A DNA stretch of 64,000 nt from Cycas panzhihuaensis (taxonomy: Eukaryota > Plantae > Cycadophyta): the NCBI GenBank assembly GCA_023213395.1, contig CM041465.1, positions 94,681,741 through 94,745,740 of the forward strand, given 5' to 3'. The notes below the pieces were generated by a model, which made no database searches, was not told the origin of the DNA, and saw only the letters and a program-made list of their open reading frames with translations. The position numbers were made by a program, and so were the translations under genes. Shown one piece after another: positions 40,272 through 53,700 of the stretch; the stretch's first letter is position 1; the number at the start of each line of letters is the position of its first letter.

Positions 40272-40579
40272 TGTCTCCTTTTCCAAAAGGAGATCTAGCT
40301 CCTCTTCTTTCCCTTTGAGGATAGGAGAGCTCCCTCTTAGGCTATATGACTACCCAAAGATGCCTCATTACCCAACTTAAATTGAGGAAGGTATTTAGGA
40401 AGAAGAGAAGGTTATCACGCTATTTACAGGTCCCTGAACCTACATTCTGACATACAAACACCCTTTGAGGATGACCCATTCTTCCTTTGAAGTCTCTAGG
40501 CCCCTTTCATAGTCTTATTATTGGCCTAGAGCTCCTTATCCATAGTGACTCCCAATAGACATGCTTCCACTAGGCTACA
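40272..40579 (+). repeat. 3' LTR of C, right part
   Basis: Resumes alignment to 19447-19754. Confidence 0.9.
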
Positions 40580-41077
40580 TACACCTATAAATGCTAAAGA
40601 AATTTGCTAAATATGTGAATATATAGAGTATATGAAGTAAATATCTCAAATATTTAATAGAAACTATATGAAAACTTTAGAAAATTATGGTAAAATTGCA
40701 TGAATAATTGAAATATAAACCAAATAATGTGTCTTAATATTGTTGTGTGCTCTATAGATCAAAAATATCAAGCTCTAATACCAAATGAAGGCTCGAGGAC
40801 AAAGCAGAACTAGATTACAAGCCCATATTGAAGAACGTAATAATATTTCCAAATGAAAGGTGGTGTTAAAGAATACCATTGGGTCATAGGACCCTATATT
40901 TATAGTCGAGAATTAGGCAAGTCTACCATCGACTGACACTAGTATTAAGAAATACCATTTAAAAATAAATATAAAAAAATACATACCTCTTAGTTGATGT
41001 CAGCTAATGGCAGTCATGTGATGGTCCAAAGTGTCATGCACACTCTTTAATATAATAAATGAACATTATCTCTAACC
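40580..41077 (-). mobile_element. copia A1 proximal part: leader start, PBS (40772-40783), 5' LTR (40786-41077)
   Basis: gctctaatacca is the reverse complement of tggtattagagc; the LTR is recognisably homologous to the reverse complement of the A2 LTR (attacaagcccat, ggtggtgtt...gggtcat, aacattatc). Confidence 0.82.
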
Positions 41078-41540
41078 CTTATGGGTTTATTGAACATCTA
41101 TATAGACTACCATAATTATGATACCCTTCTCCCTTATCTATAGATTGAAAGCAACCCTTTCACTCAAAATAGAGATCTTGTCTCTCAGGGTGGTCATGAA
41201 AGATTTTATTATTAAAAAGTGTTATTATCAATCACAACTCCTTGATTTAGAATCCCTAGATGAATATTGACTTTCTATATATCAAAAGAACTTAGCTTCT
41301 AAAGCCAAAGCCCAATGGGCCTATGATAGATATATATGACCCCAAAATTTTACCTTAGGAGATAAGGTCTCAATGTTAGAATATTTGCATGACCATCTTC
41401 TAAAGTTTGGTCCCAAATGAGTTGGTCCATTTGTGGTTTTAGATGATCTTTTTAATGGTGCATATTATATTTACAACCTAAAAACACTCAAATTCAAGAA
41501 ATCTTTCAATTAATGGGTTCTCAAAAAGTTTTATATCTAA
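41078..41540 (+). pseudogene. C-terminal half of an old Tat integrase (relative of C)
   Basis: LWVY*TSI...LLDLESLDEY...GDKVSMLEYLHDHLLKFGPK*VGPFVV...LKKFYI*; colinear with 26270-26732. Confidence 0.85.
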
Positions 41541-41556
41541 TAATATTACTATCTCC

Positions 41557-42180
41557 ATTTCAAAATGAGTTTAATCTATATGATGCTTTAAAATGAGCTT
41601 AAACTCCCCCACACTCCATAACAAGTATAAATTAACTACACTCCTACTTGAGTATAAACTAAGCTATTTCCACTAATACTCTAAAATAAGCTTAAACTAT
41701 GTTTTACTTTGAAATAAGCCTAAACTACCTATGCTCTAGCATAAGTCTAAACTACCACTCAAGCTCTAAATTGAGCATAAAACTATGATATACTCCTCTA
41801 TTAGTATAAACTAAATTGTGGCTCTAAAAGGAGCCTAAACTATTTACTCTCCCCCAAGAGATAAACTGAGAAATGCTTTGAATTTGTGGTCATTAAAGAG
41901 GTTAAAATATAGTGGCCTAACATTGGTAGGCACAACATAAAATCTCCTCTGAATTAATCATTAAAGAGGAAACTATAATAACCAAATTATTGTAACATTC
42001 ATGTCTATTATAGTATATCAATCCCTTGTACCTATTACGATATCTTAGACTCTATTACAAGTAAAGCCTCCCCCCTTATGTAACCCCCATAGGGGCATTA
42101 CACTCCTATATGAGTATAAATTGGTGTTATGCTACCCTATAAGTATAAACTGACTTTACACTCTATCAATAGTATAAAAT
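41557..42180 (+). repeat. Array of ~14 degenerate 21-23-bp hairpin motifs in a Tat 3' UTR
   Basis: Two subtypes, RCTCYAAAATGAGCYTAAACT and ACACTCC-N4-TGAGTATAAACT, at ~41557, 41585, 41611, 41638, 41678, 41706, 41733, 41763, 41790, 41821, 41845, 42100, 42129 and 42158. Confidence 0.75.
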
Positions 42181-43576
42181 GTCACTTGTCAATATCATTT
42201 TCTAAAAATTACAAAAATTATTCTAAAGCTATAAAACCCTAAAGTATATATGTATGTGTGTATGTCTAATCCAATCTAACTTGAAAACTAAGAATAAACT
42301 ATTTTTATTTCCAAAGTATTATGCATGCATCATATGCCATCCATGTAATAAGGAAAAAGATGCATAAATAATATTGAATATTCAAACACAATGATAAAGT
42401 CAAGTACAAAGATATAAATTGCATCATGGAAGCTTATATTGGCATCCTATATATATACATAGCAAAATATATATATGTACATATAGTTAAGGGAGATACA
42501 GTTTCTCTAATAGTGTATAAGAGCTCAAATACGTAAGAAGATATATATATATATACTAACCTTCAGTGAGCTATCTTACCTTTGTTAAGAAAAATCACAT
42601 GATATAACATGATATGAAATGATACAAGATGTATCCTATAGATTCCCCTCTTACTACTATAAATCTCTAGGGTGTCTCAGAAATGTTGGTGGGTCATACC
42701 ACTTAAGGGAACTATGAAAGACCTACATTACTTACCTCATCTCTTTACCTCCCCCACTTGCCCCTCTATTCAGTGGAGTGTGTGTCCTCACATGTGTACA
42801 TGAGGACCTCTCTATTGTCATCCTAGCCAATCTTACATATTTTTATAGCTAGTACCTTCTAGTTTTATGGTAATATTTTGTATAAGTTATATTAGGAATT
42901 AGAAATTTTTATATAGAGTAATTGGAAATTAACAACCTTATAATTAAACCCTAGCTAATTTATTCTCTCATGATAAAGTCATTAGATTTCTAATTCTCCA
43001 TTTCATCTAGTCTATTAGCATTACAATGCAGTAAAGCATCTATCGCATGGTCTTGTATCATTATGTGGCATACATATACTTCCTTATAAGTCTCTCATCA
43101 TCAACAAGTGTGACCATGAAGCTTCATTTTCAAAAATTTTAAACTATGTTATTAAAAGACATATAGGTAGTAATTGTAGTCCTTAGTCCAAGCATGAGGA
43201 TTGAGGAGGTGTATAGGTAGTTATTAAACATTTTTTATACATTAATATCTAGTGTAAGGACATTAGTAGCAAGATACTAGCTATGAATGGTAGGCTACAA
43301 GCAGCGGTGACAAATCATAGGCATCAATAGAATGTTAAAATGCTCTAATAATAACATCCCTTTTCTCTATTGTAAAAGCATGCTTACTCATATTTAATTT
43401 AAAATTTTTAAAATAAAATGCTTAAATCAATTTTCAAGTTTATTTAAAATTACATTATTATCTACAAAAGACCAAAAGTATCTCAAAGAGACTCTCATGT
43501 AATATGGAAGTAGATAGAAGCATCCTCATAAATTATTAATCTAATAGAAAAAATATATATTAGGGATAATTAATAA

Positions 43577-44595
43577 TGTGACATATTTCAAGGTTGTAAC
43601 ATGTCGAAAAACCTTAAGCAAGCCATTTAATCCAATTAAGAACTAAATCTATGTAATAGTCTTTCCAACTCCCAGTCCAAATTTAACACTCATGTTAATG
43701 GTGAAGCCTTTGTTGTGGACTGTTTACAACATCCTTATCTTTATTTAGTAATTACTTAGTGGATTTCTTGGCCTCTTTTATAAATTTCTTATGACAAAGT
43801 AAAATTATGACCTTTATGCCTTATCTATGATATAGGTTCTCCACTCATGCTATAAGTCAAGCTTTCTCCTCTTGGACTATTTTATCTCTGGATGAATCTA
43901 CTTCTTCTACAAGTCATTGTCTTTTGTGGTTGTATTTAACCATTGATATGCCATCCTTAATGTCTGACCATGTAGAGTTAGAAGATGTTCATTGCTCCAA
44001 CCATGGATTTAACATTGACATTTGAAGCTCATTAATTCAAATGTTCATTGTAGAAATTATAATAAGATAATATGAGACAAACATGCTTGATCTATTACCT
44101 TTGAATGTGCCTTGTCATTTCCTTAAATGCTTTGGTCCCTAAGACCAGGACCATCACCCTTATGCATATCAACCTCCATTTCAATTTCTAGGGTTTAGGC
44201 ATAAACATAAATAAGAGAAAATAATAAAAAAAAAAGTCCTAACCAATGTAAAGAAAGTTTTTATATATAAATCAAATTAAAGTCCATTATTTAAGGCTTG
44301 TTAACATGCAAAGTGGCAACCTATTTTTTATTAATCATTAATTGAATAAATATAATGGTGAGAAATGGAAGATAGCTATCTTAATCAATTGAAAATAAAA
44401 TTAGATAAATCCACTCAAATTATACCTTATCAAAACTAAGCACAAGGCCTTCCCTTAAAAGATATTATCATTGATAGAGCAAATATATAAAAAGTGGGAA
44501 ACATTACCCCATTACAATTAGGACATAAATATACACCTAGTCCACAACATATATGCAAGTATTACCACATAACCAAAACTATTTCTATGTTAGCA
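43577..44595 (-). repeat. ~1-kb direct repeat, copy 1; putative 3' LTR of minus-strand relic E
   Basis: Aligns with 61419-62442; TG...CA ends; PPT-like tggggca on the minus strand just inside (44599-44606). Confidence 0.7.
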
Positions 44596-44756
44596 TAATG
44601 CCCCATAAGCATTGATGGTCAATAGGACTGAAGATGTCCATTGAATGCAACAACCTGAAAACTTGAAGTAGGACCTATGAAGAACCAAGTGCTAATTCCA
44701 TCTAAAATGATATGAGATCAACATGAAACAGACAGCTCTATTGTTGATGAAAGAGA

Positions 44757-45044
44757 TGTTGGATAATGTTTATTAATTGAGATTCTAAAAAGTGTGTTAA
44801 CATTGGGTGGTATGGAACGAACTCCAACCAACCTAGCTAACCCACCTACCTATTTTTTAATGGTGTTTTTTAACACCAATGTTGATAGATGTTGGGAAAG
44901 CCCAATATCTTGACAATTTAAATGGGTCTCATAGCCCAAAGGTGTTTCTCAACACCACCACTATTTTGGAATTTTGTTAATGTTATTAAGTTTATCTTTG
45001 ATGGCCTTGTAATACATTATTCCACTCTATCCTCACTACAATCA
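44757..45044 (+). repeat. 5' LTR of A2
   Basis: tgttggataat...caatca; partner at 56838-57125. Confidence 0.92.
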
Positions 45045-47239
45045 TTTAGTATCAAAGCCAGTTACTTGTATGTGGCGTTAGGATTATACTGAGATGAAGA
45101 ATCTTTGTATCACTATCACACTACCTTTTTTTATTAAAAGCCTTTATATATTAGTTCATACTGTGTGGAAAATCAATTATATTTCATTGTTATCAAATCT
45201 ATTTTATATACATCTATTTATATATCTGTTTGATACATATGTGACATGCGTCTAATTGCATTTGGCCTATGTAAATACAAATACTCTATTCTCTATCTTT
45301 TATATTTATATTTACATTATTTTCTTTTATTTGCACGCTTACGTTTAGTATTATTTTGGCCCATGTGGCTTGTTTAATCCATTAATTGATAAATGTTTAT
45401 AGCATTTTCGATTGTATATAGGCTGACAATGATCTAGAGGATTTTTTAACTTAGATATCAATTTTTTTTATTTAATTCAATTAATTTTTTATTCTAGTTT
45501 CAGGATTATCAATTTGTCTTGATTTCAACAGGCTCTAACTCTCTCACGGGTGATCAAAACCTTAACATATGACTGCTCGTTATGATCCTAGCTAAGGCAT
45601 CTATGTAGTGGAGAAGACCATTTAGATTTTCATCGCTCTATTTGTGAGAAGTCTGTCCTTGAAGCACCACTTACCTCACAGATTTACAAAAACCCATTAC
45701 CATTTTTAAATTTTTGTTATTTATTTTAATTTTTAATAATTAAAATTAAAATTTTTTGCATAGTTTTAATTAATCAACTAATATAGTATTAATCAATTAA
45801 TTTTTAGAAGATTTTTAATCCTTTTTTTATCGATTTAATCGATCAAAATCTTCATTTTTGCATACAAATAAGTTGCATAGGTTTTCTACACATAAAATAA
45901 TTCAATTTTTTATATTTTTTTCTAAATTTTAAAATGAATTTAATTAAATTTAATAAATTTTAGAGTTTAATCCCCCCTCTCCTGCTAGCCAATAGTCCTA
46001 TTTGCAGTCCATATGACCCTATTGTTTTATAAAAAGGGACAGATTTAAAATTACATTAAGCTCTATTTTATAATTTTGGATTTTAAGTAAATTAACTATA
46101 TTTCATAAAATTTGAAGTTCATAACCCCTTTTTCGCTAGTAGGTGGTCATGTGCTATGACCCAGTGACCAAGGGCTTATTTTCCAAAGGGGCTTAATGTT
46201 CCCCTCTTTTGATTTTTAGCCATAAAGAGGTGTCTTCACTCTTTTTGTAATAACTTTTGATCTAGAAGTCTATTTTTTGAACGATTTAAACTATCAGAAA
46301 GCTAATTCAATGCTTTTTAGTTTTGAATATATTTAGGATTAATTTGAAGTTATTTTGTAAGACCTTTAAGCTACCAAAGTTGGCCTACTTAATTGATCCT
46401 TATTTAAGTAGTTTTATTATTTTTAAAGTTATTTTAAAAGTTTCTTCAAGGATATTATTATTACATAATTGTACTAACTATTTTTAGTAGATTTTGGTCT
46501 ATTATTTTAACCCATAAAGGTCTTGTGGTTGATTTTATGTAAGTTTTAAACTTTCATAAACGAGAGCTCTTTAACCCCTTTTACCACTTTAAATTATTTC
46601 ATTTAATGTTATTTAAATTAATTTCATTTTATTTACTTGCAAGTTTTTTCAAATTTTGGGTAAAAAAAAACCTGTTTATAAAGAAGACCATAATTAATAT
46701 TAATTTTTATACATTAACAAGATAACTCTCGAATCAACCACCCTATTTTCTAGTCTTGTAAGGGTAATGATTAGGACCCCTAAAGTTACCACCGTACACA
46801 TGTCTTTAGTGTACTATAAGTTTTTAAGAAAACCATTAGCTATCGGGTGTAATAGGTGGTAGGCTGAGGTGGAGAACCTTTTTCCTTTTGGAGTTTGGAG
46901 ACCAGGCTAGACTTAGAGGGGGTGAGTGTCTTGGTTGGTCAAGCCCTCAATATTATATCTATCACTAGGCATAAGTCTGGTGTAGGTAAACCAACAAATT
47001 AGGGGGTCTTTGACCTTCTTTGTAGCCCATGTACTAAGGTATATCAATCCTTGAGCTTATATACTAGTATATTAGGTCCCTAGTCTGCCACTTGTGGGTA
47101 GTTTCCATTAGACAGAATAGTAACTCACAGTTTTCCTTGGAGACCCTAAGACATAGAACTCTAGATTAGAAACCTCCTAGGTAGATAGGGCATAAATACA
47201 TTTAAATTCTTTGGGTACACTAAAGATAGTTGAATTACA

Positions 47240-50103
47240 ATGGAAATAAATTTTGGGAACATGATCATACCTAAATTTTACGGAACCAACTTCTTTAATT
47301 AGAGTAAGAGAATAAAACTAATATTTATAGCTAAAGATATATGGGAATTTGTTGAAGAAAAATTTGATGATATTGAAGAAAATACTACTTTGGATGAGAA
47401 ATTATTTATAAAGAATGTGTTAAAGAGGACAATGAATCCTTATCTCTTATTTTTTGTGCTCTAGAGGACCATATATTCCCTAGAGTCATTGAAGCAACTA
47501 TATCAAAGGATGCTTGAGGCACCCTAAAGCTAATTTATAAATAAGTTGTACCTACTAAGGTTCAATGCCTTCAAAGTAAATTTGAAAACTTAAAGATGTT
47601 GCCAAGAGAAAGTATCAATGAATTCATTACCAAGATCCAAGACTTAGTTAACCTGATAAGATCCCTAAGAGAAGTATTGATTGAATAAAGGGTTATAGAA
47701 AGAATATTTAGATGTGTTGGAGAAGTTAAAAAACTCGAAATGGTAGCTACAAACATTGAAGTTTCAAAGGATCTAAGTACCATTAAGATTGAGTAGTTGA
47801 GTTCCATGCTTCTTGTCATAGAAGAGAAGAAAAGAGGACATGAAACCTTAGAATATGCCTTTTCCATAAAGGGAAGGATCAAGTAAAGTAACTAAGGATA
47901 AAGTTCTAGGGAGAGGGACCCATCCCCTAGAAGAGGAGAAAGGAACCAAAGGATATATCAAGAATCAAATCCTAGATATCAAGAATTAAGCCAAAAATAT
48001 CAAGAATCTCATCAAAGATACTAACCACCAAATTATAGGTACAAAGGGAGGAACAACTTCTACAATCTAAGTAGGAATCAAGAATAAAATCATTGTTTCC
48101 ATAGACATAATAATTATCAAGGGCAAGGAAATTATTTAAGACCAAGTCAATGCTTTCAAGGATAAAACCATATGAATTATCAAGAGTAAAGTCAAACCTC
48201 ATTTTTTGAAAGAGGAAAACCAACTTCTAGAGGAAGAGGATCCTTTAGAACTAGAAGCCATAGCTAAAGAAGTAGAGCACCAATCCAATTCTTATATTAC
48301 CATAAAATTAGATACATTGAGGACTATTGCTTTGCCAAAAATATAAGTCAATAAAGAGGAAGTGCAAATACCATAACTAAAAGTAGAGACAATGATAGAC
48401 TTTTCCTATTGAGTCTTGTATCCAGTGAAGAAGAGGACATTTGGTATATATATTTAGGGTGCTCAACCCATATGACTAATAAAGAAAAAACTTTCAAAAC
48501 CATTGATAGAACTAAAAAGAAGAAGATTATATTTAGGGACAACTACACATGAGCCCATTGGTAAATGCAACATCACTATAACCACACAACTAAGATAAAT
48601 TAGGTATATTAATGATGTACTACATGTACCTACCTTGAAAAAGAACTTGCTTTCAGTAGGTCAGATGATGGAACATGATTATAAGGTTGTCTTCAATAAT
48701 GGTTAATGTATAATTAAAGATAAAAAGATGAATAAAGCTATTATAGACAAGGGACATATGACTAGTGACAGACTATTTAAGCTAGTCATCCCTCTAACAG
48801 ATAACTATGCTTTGAAAGCCTTTACTAAAGTTGGAAGTAACATATGGGAAAAATAATTTGGTCATCTAAGATATAGTATCCTAGACCTAATGAAAAGAAT
48901 AGAAATAGTTAAAGGTTTACCTACAATTGAAGGAAATAAAGAAATATGTGAAGGGTATCTACTTAGAAAGCAACATAGAGAGAGCTTTCCAGATATCAGT
49001 TATAGAGCACAAGGTCCCCTCCAATTAATTTATATAGATTTATGTGATTCCATGGATGTACCCTCACTTAGAGATGCCAAATATTTCATGATGTTTATTG
49101 ATGACTTTACCAAGAAAACCTAGGTATATTTTCTAAAGTTTAAATTAGATGCCTACTAATGTTTTATTGACTTCAAATCCTTTGTGGAAAAATAAAGTAG
49201 CATAAGATCCTCTCCCTTAAATAAGATAATAGGAGAGAATTCACCTAGAATAAATTCAAATATTTTTGTATCCATCATGGCTTAAGGAGATAATACACTA
49301 ATCCATATACTCCATAATAGAATGTAGTAGTAGAAAGGAACAATAGGACCATTATTGAAATGGCAAGGTATATACTCAAAGACAAGTAACTTGGGTATAA
49401 ATTTTAGGTAAAAACCATACATACAACTATTTATTTACTAAATAGGTGTACCACTAAGGCCCTTAGGTGGGTTAGACTAGAAAAGACTTGGATAGGACAT
49501 AAGCCAAGTATTCACTACTTGAAAATCTTTAGCTATCTAGCATTTACTCATATACTAGAGTAAAAGAGAATGAAACTAGATGATAAATGTACCAAATATA
49601 TATTTATAATATATTGTGATATATCTCAATCCTATAAGTTATTTGATCCCAAGGAAAAGAAAATAATCATGGGTAGAGATGTTATCTTCAAATAGGATAA
49701 TTATTATAAAGTAGAAGTTGAAAAAGCCAAGGGGAAGAATATCATAGTGGAGTTTGATTCATGACCTAAGTCGACAAATGTGCCTTCAAATTTTCCAACA
49801 ATACATGAATCAAGTCCTAATAAGGTTGGACCCTTTGCATCTAGTCAAAACATTCCAAAGTGGGTCCAAAGATGATATGACCCAATAAATATGCTGGACA
49901 ATAATTTTAAAAGAAGATCTACACATTCTAATAGGGTCAAGTTCATTCTAATGAGCCAAGTCATGGAATCATATGACCCTTGTACCTTTGAAGAGGCTAA
50001 TACCAAACAGGAATGGAAGAATATAATGTAAAAGGAGTATAATGCTTTAGTCAAGAATGATACATAGGAATTGGTTGATCTCCCTCTAAATAAATTAATA
50101 ATT
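47240..50103 (+). pseudogene. A2 gag-protease-integrase and start of RT
   Basis: MEINFGNMIIPKFYGTNFFN; EEDIWYIYLGCSTHMT; ORF 48890-49123; KNDT*ELVDLP just before the B2 insertion. Confidence 0.9.
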
Positions 50104-50733
50104 TGTTAAGAATACAAGGTCCCAAACTTTAAACCACCACAAGATATGAACTATTTTACAACTAGTTATAGGAATCGAAACTAAGATTTAACATGCAAGT
50201 TCTAAACTCAGACATACTACAATAACATCAATATACAAGCTAAACATCACATATGCACCCAATATAACATGGTAAAACCCTAAAAATGTACTAGGGAAAC
50301 ATCCACACAGGAAAGGTATTGAGCTTTATTACTGTAGAATGGAGAAATAGTATATCTTAGTAGCAGAGTGCTCTTAGGAATAATAACTAGCTGTCGCCCT
50401 CTTCACAGTACATTACATTACATACAACATAATAAGAAAAGCCCTAAAATGGGCTACATAAAAGGGACATCCAAGGCATGAATCTTAACCATAGAATCTA
50501 GGGTATTTGTATCGAACGACCCTGATTCTCTTTACATTTTAATAAGGTTTACAGGGCTAATTTTTTGGGTCAGGGGCTATCACCCCCAAACCCCCTCTTA
50601 GCGGGGGGCATTCCATGCCCCCACCGGCCAAGGGGTCTCCATATGGAACCCCCTAAGAAAGATTAGGGGGGAAATCGGGCCAAAAACTTGCCAAAATTTT
50701 AGCCCCAAAATATTGTTGTCACAATATCTAACA
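50104..50733 (-). repeat. 3' LTR of B2
   Basis: Direct repeat of 54774-55418, roughly 90% identical by eye. Confidence 0.95.
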
Positions 50734-50781
50734 ATCTCCACCTTGACAACAATTTACCCTGTACCTTTCTTAGACCCTTCA

Positions 50782-53700
50782 TCATCTTTTCTGCAAGCCA
50801 AGAGAAGTCAAACACCATTTGAACTTCTCTACTGGTATTGGTTTTATAAATATATCAACATAATTCTGATTGGTGTAAATCTTCTCAAGTGCCACTCCAC
50901 CTACTTCCATAACCTGTCTAACAAAATGGTACTTAAGAGTAATATGCTTTGTTCTACTGTGATAAGCTAGATTTTTGGCTAAGTAAATGTCACTTTGACT
51001 ATCACAAAATACCTTTACATTTTTCTATCTCCTTCCAAGCTCAATCAACAGACCCTATAACCAGATTACTTCTTTATAAGCATGTGCTGTAGCAACATAT
51101 TAAACACATGGTTGTGATGTAATTGTGCTCTACAATTTGGACATCTAACTAACTGGACCATTTGCAAGAGTAAAAATATAACCTCAAGTAGACCTTCTTT
51201 TATCTAAATCTCCTACAAAATCTGAATCAACATATCCACAAACTTGATTACCTATACCTCCAAAGGTGATGCATTAGTCACTCGTGCCTCTCAAATACCA
51301 AAGCACCTATTTTACTGAAGCCCAATGTTCCTTTCTTGGATTTGCCATAAACCTACTAACTACACTGACTGCATGTGAAATATCAGGTCTTGTACATACC
51401 ATGGCATACATCAAACTTCTTCTTTGACCGCATAAGGCACATGAGACATATAAGCCTTTTCTTCTTTACTACTAGGACTCATATTCGAAGAAAGCTTGAA
51501 GTGGGAAGCCAATGGAATACTCACCAATTTCACATTTTCTATACCAAACCTAGTTAGCACCTTCTCCACATATTTCTGCTATGATAACCATAGCTTACTA
51601 TTTTTCCTGTATCTATGTATCTCCATGCCTAAGATTTGTTTTGAAGCTCCTAGATCCTTCATATCAAAAGTCCTAGCCAATTGAGCCTTTGGCTTATTAA
51701 TTTCTTCCATGCTCTTGCTTGCAACCAGCATGCCATAAACATATAATACCAAGATAATGAATAAGCCATATCCATAAATTTAAAGTAAACACACTGATCA
51801 TACTCACTTCTTTTGAAATTTTGGCTCTCCATGAAGGCATCAAACTTCCTGTACCACTGCTTGGGTGATTGCTTCAGGCCATATAATGATTTCCTGAGCC
51901 TACAAATAAGTCTTTTCCTGCCATCTTGTACAAACCCTTCTGGTTGATCCATATAGATCTCCTTATCTAAATCTCCATGTAGAAAAGATGTTTTTACATC
52001 TAACTGCTCCAACTCCAAATCGAGAGAAGTTACTAATGCTAACAACACTCGAATTGAAACAAGTTTGACAACTGGTGAAAAGATCTCATGAAAGTCAATA
52101 CTTGCTTTCTGTGTAAAATCTTTAGCCAGTAGTCTTGCCCTGTATTTATCAACCTTTCCATCAACATATGTTTCTTTTTGAAAACCCACCTACAACTAAC
52201 AATGTTCCTGCCATGTGGAAGTTCTACCAAGTCCCATGAATTATTTTTCTTCAAAGCATCTATCTCTTCTTGCATAGCCCTTTTCCACTTCTCACCATGG
52301 ATATCATCTACTGCTTCTTGAAAACATATAGGCTCACCATCATTAGAAACCAAAGCAATAAAAGTAGATGGGCTATACTTGTCAAGTGGATGACTGACTT
52401 ATATAGATCTTCTAACTGTTGGTAGAGGAGTGTCCACATACTCCTGTAAATCTGTTATAGATTCATCTTCAGAAAGATCTTCCTGTTCTTCTGATTCCAC
52501 ACATGGCTGCATTTCAAACTTGACTTATTGATGTTCATCTTACTGTTCTTGTTTCATTTCAACTTCTCCACTGTCTGATTTTATAAGGGGAGATTCATCA
52601 AATATGAAATCTCTATTAATGGTGATTTTGTGGGCAGTAGGATCCCACAACCTGTATCCCTTCACACCATCCTTATCACCATAACTAATAAAGATATATC
52701 TCTTGGATTTTGGGTCTAACTTTGAACGTTTACTTTTGTTAGTCCAAGCATAAGCATCACAACCAAAAACTTTTAAATTTGAATAATCACATGGATGTCC
52801 AGTCCATACCTCTTTAGGAATCTTACAATCTATTGAAAGTGATGGTGAACTATTTACCAGATAGCAAGTTGTTTAAATAACTTCTGCCCACAAGCCCTAC
52901 TCCACTCCTGCATTATTTAGCATGATTCTTACTCTTTCTAAGAGTGTCCTATTCATGCGCTCTATAATGCCATTTTATTGCGGAGTATAGCTAGTGGTCT
53001 TGTGTCTTTCGATCCTAGCTTCTCTACAATAGTTCTCAAACTCCAAGGAGTTGAACTCATCTCCATTGTCAGTTCTTAAACATTTAATTATCTTAACAGT
53101 ATTATTCTCAACTAGAGTCTTGAACTTCTTAAATACACTAAAAACTTCAAATTCCCTTTTCAAAAAATAGACCCATACCTTCCTGGAGTAATAATCTATA
53201 AATGTGACATAATACAATGATCCTCCACAAGATATTTTAGGGGTTGGTCCCCATACATCTGAATGTATATAATCTAGAACACCTTTACTAATGTGACTCC
53301 CTACTTTGAACCTGAGTCTACACTGCTTTCCAAAAATACAATGTTTATAGAAAGCCAAATCTGAAAGCTGTAAGTTAGGAAGCAACTTATGGTTTATCAA
53401 CACCTTAAGTCCTTTCTCACTCATGTGCCCAAGTCTTTGATGCCATAACTGAGCTAGATCTTCTGCAGCCTTTGATGTTGTAGTTGTTTGGATGACATCT
53501 GTACTTCCCACTAAAATGTAAAGATTTCCTTTATTTAAGGTTTTCATAATAACCAAGGCACCCTTTGACACCTTTAGGACTCCTTCATGACCTGTATGCT
53601 TAAAACCACCTGAATCTAATTCATCTAAGGAAATCAGTTTTCTTTTCAAATCAGGTACATGTCTAACCTTAGTTAATGTTCTGATTGCCCCATCAAACAT

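Larger units (their letters stand above)
16583..40579 (+). mobile_element. Ty3/gypsy Tat-lineage element C (TatII-like architecture), ~18 kb excluding nested D
   Basis: ~3.2-kb LTR pair with imperfect inverted termini tgtttcctag...ctaggctaca; gag-PR-RT-RH-INT on +; extra RNase H downstream of INT. Copia A1 sequence lies on both sides. No clear TSD. Confidence 0.9.

Noticed and set aside
41557-42180. CRISPR-like repeat/spacer appearance
   Set aside because: Units are degenerate with short irregular spacers, there are no cas genes, and the context is a plant retrotransposon 3' UTR.
43780-44100. Possible coding frame within the 1-kb repeat (HKRQ*LVEEVDSSRDKIVQE...)
   Set aside because: No family recognised, stops in all frames of both copies; cannot be supported without a database search.
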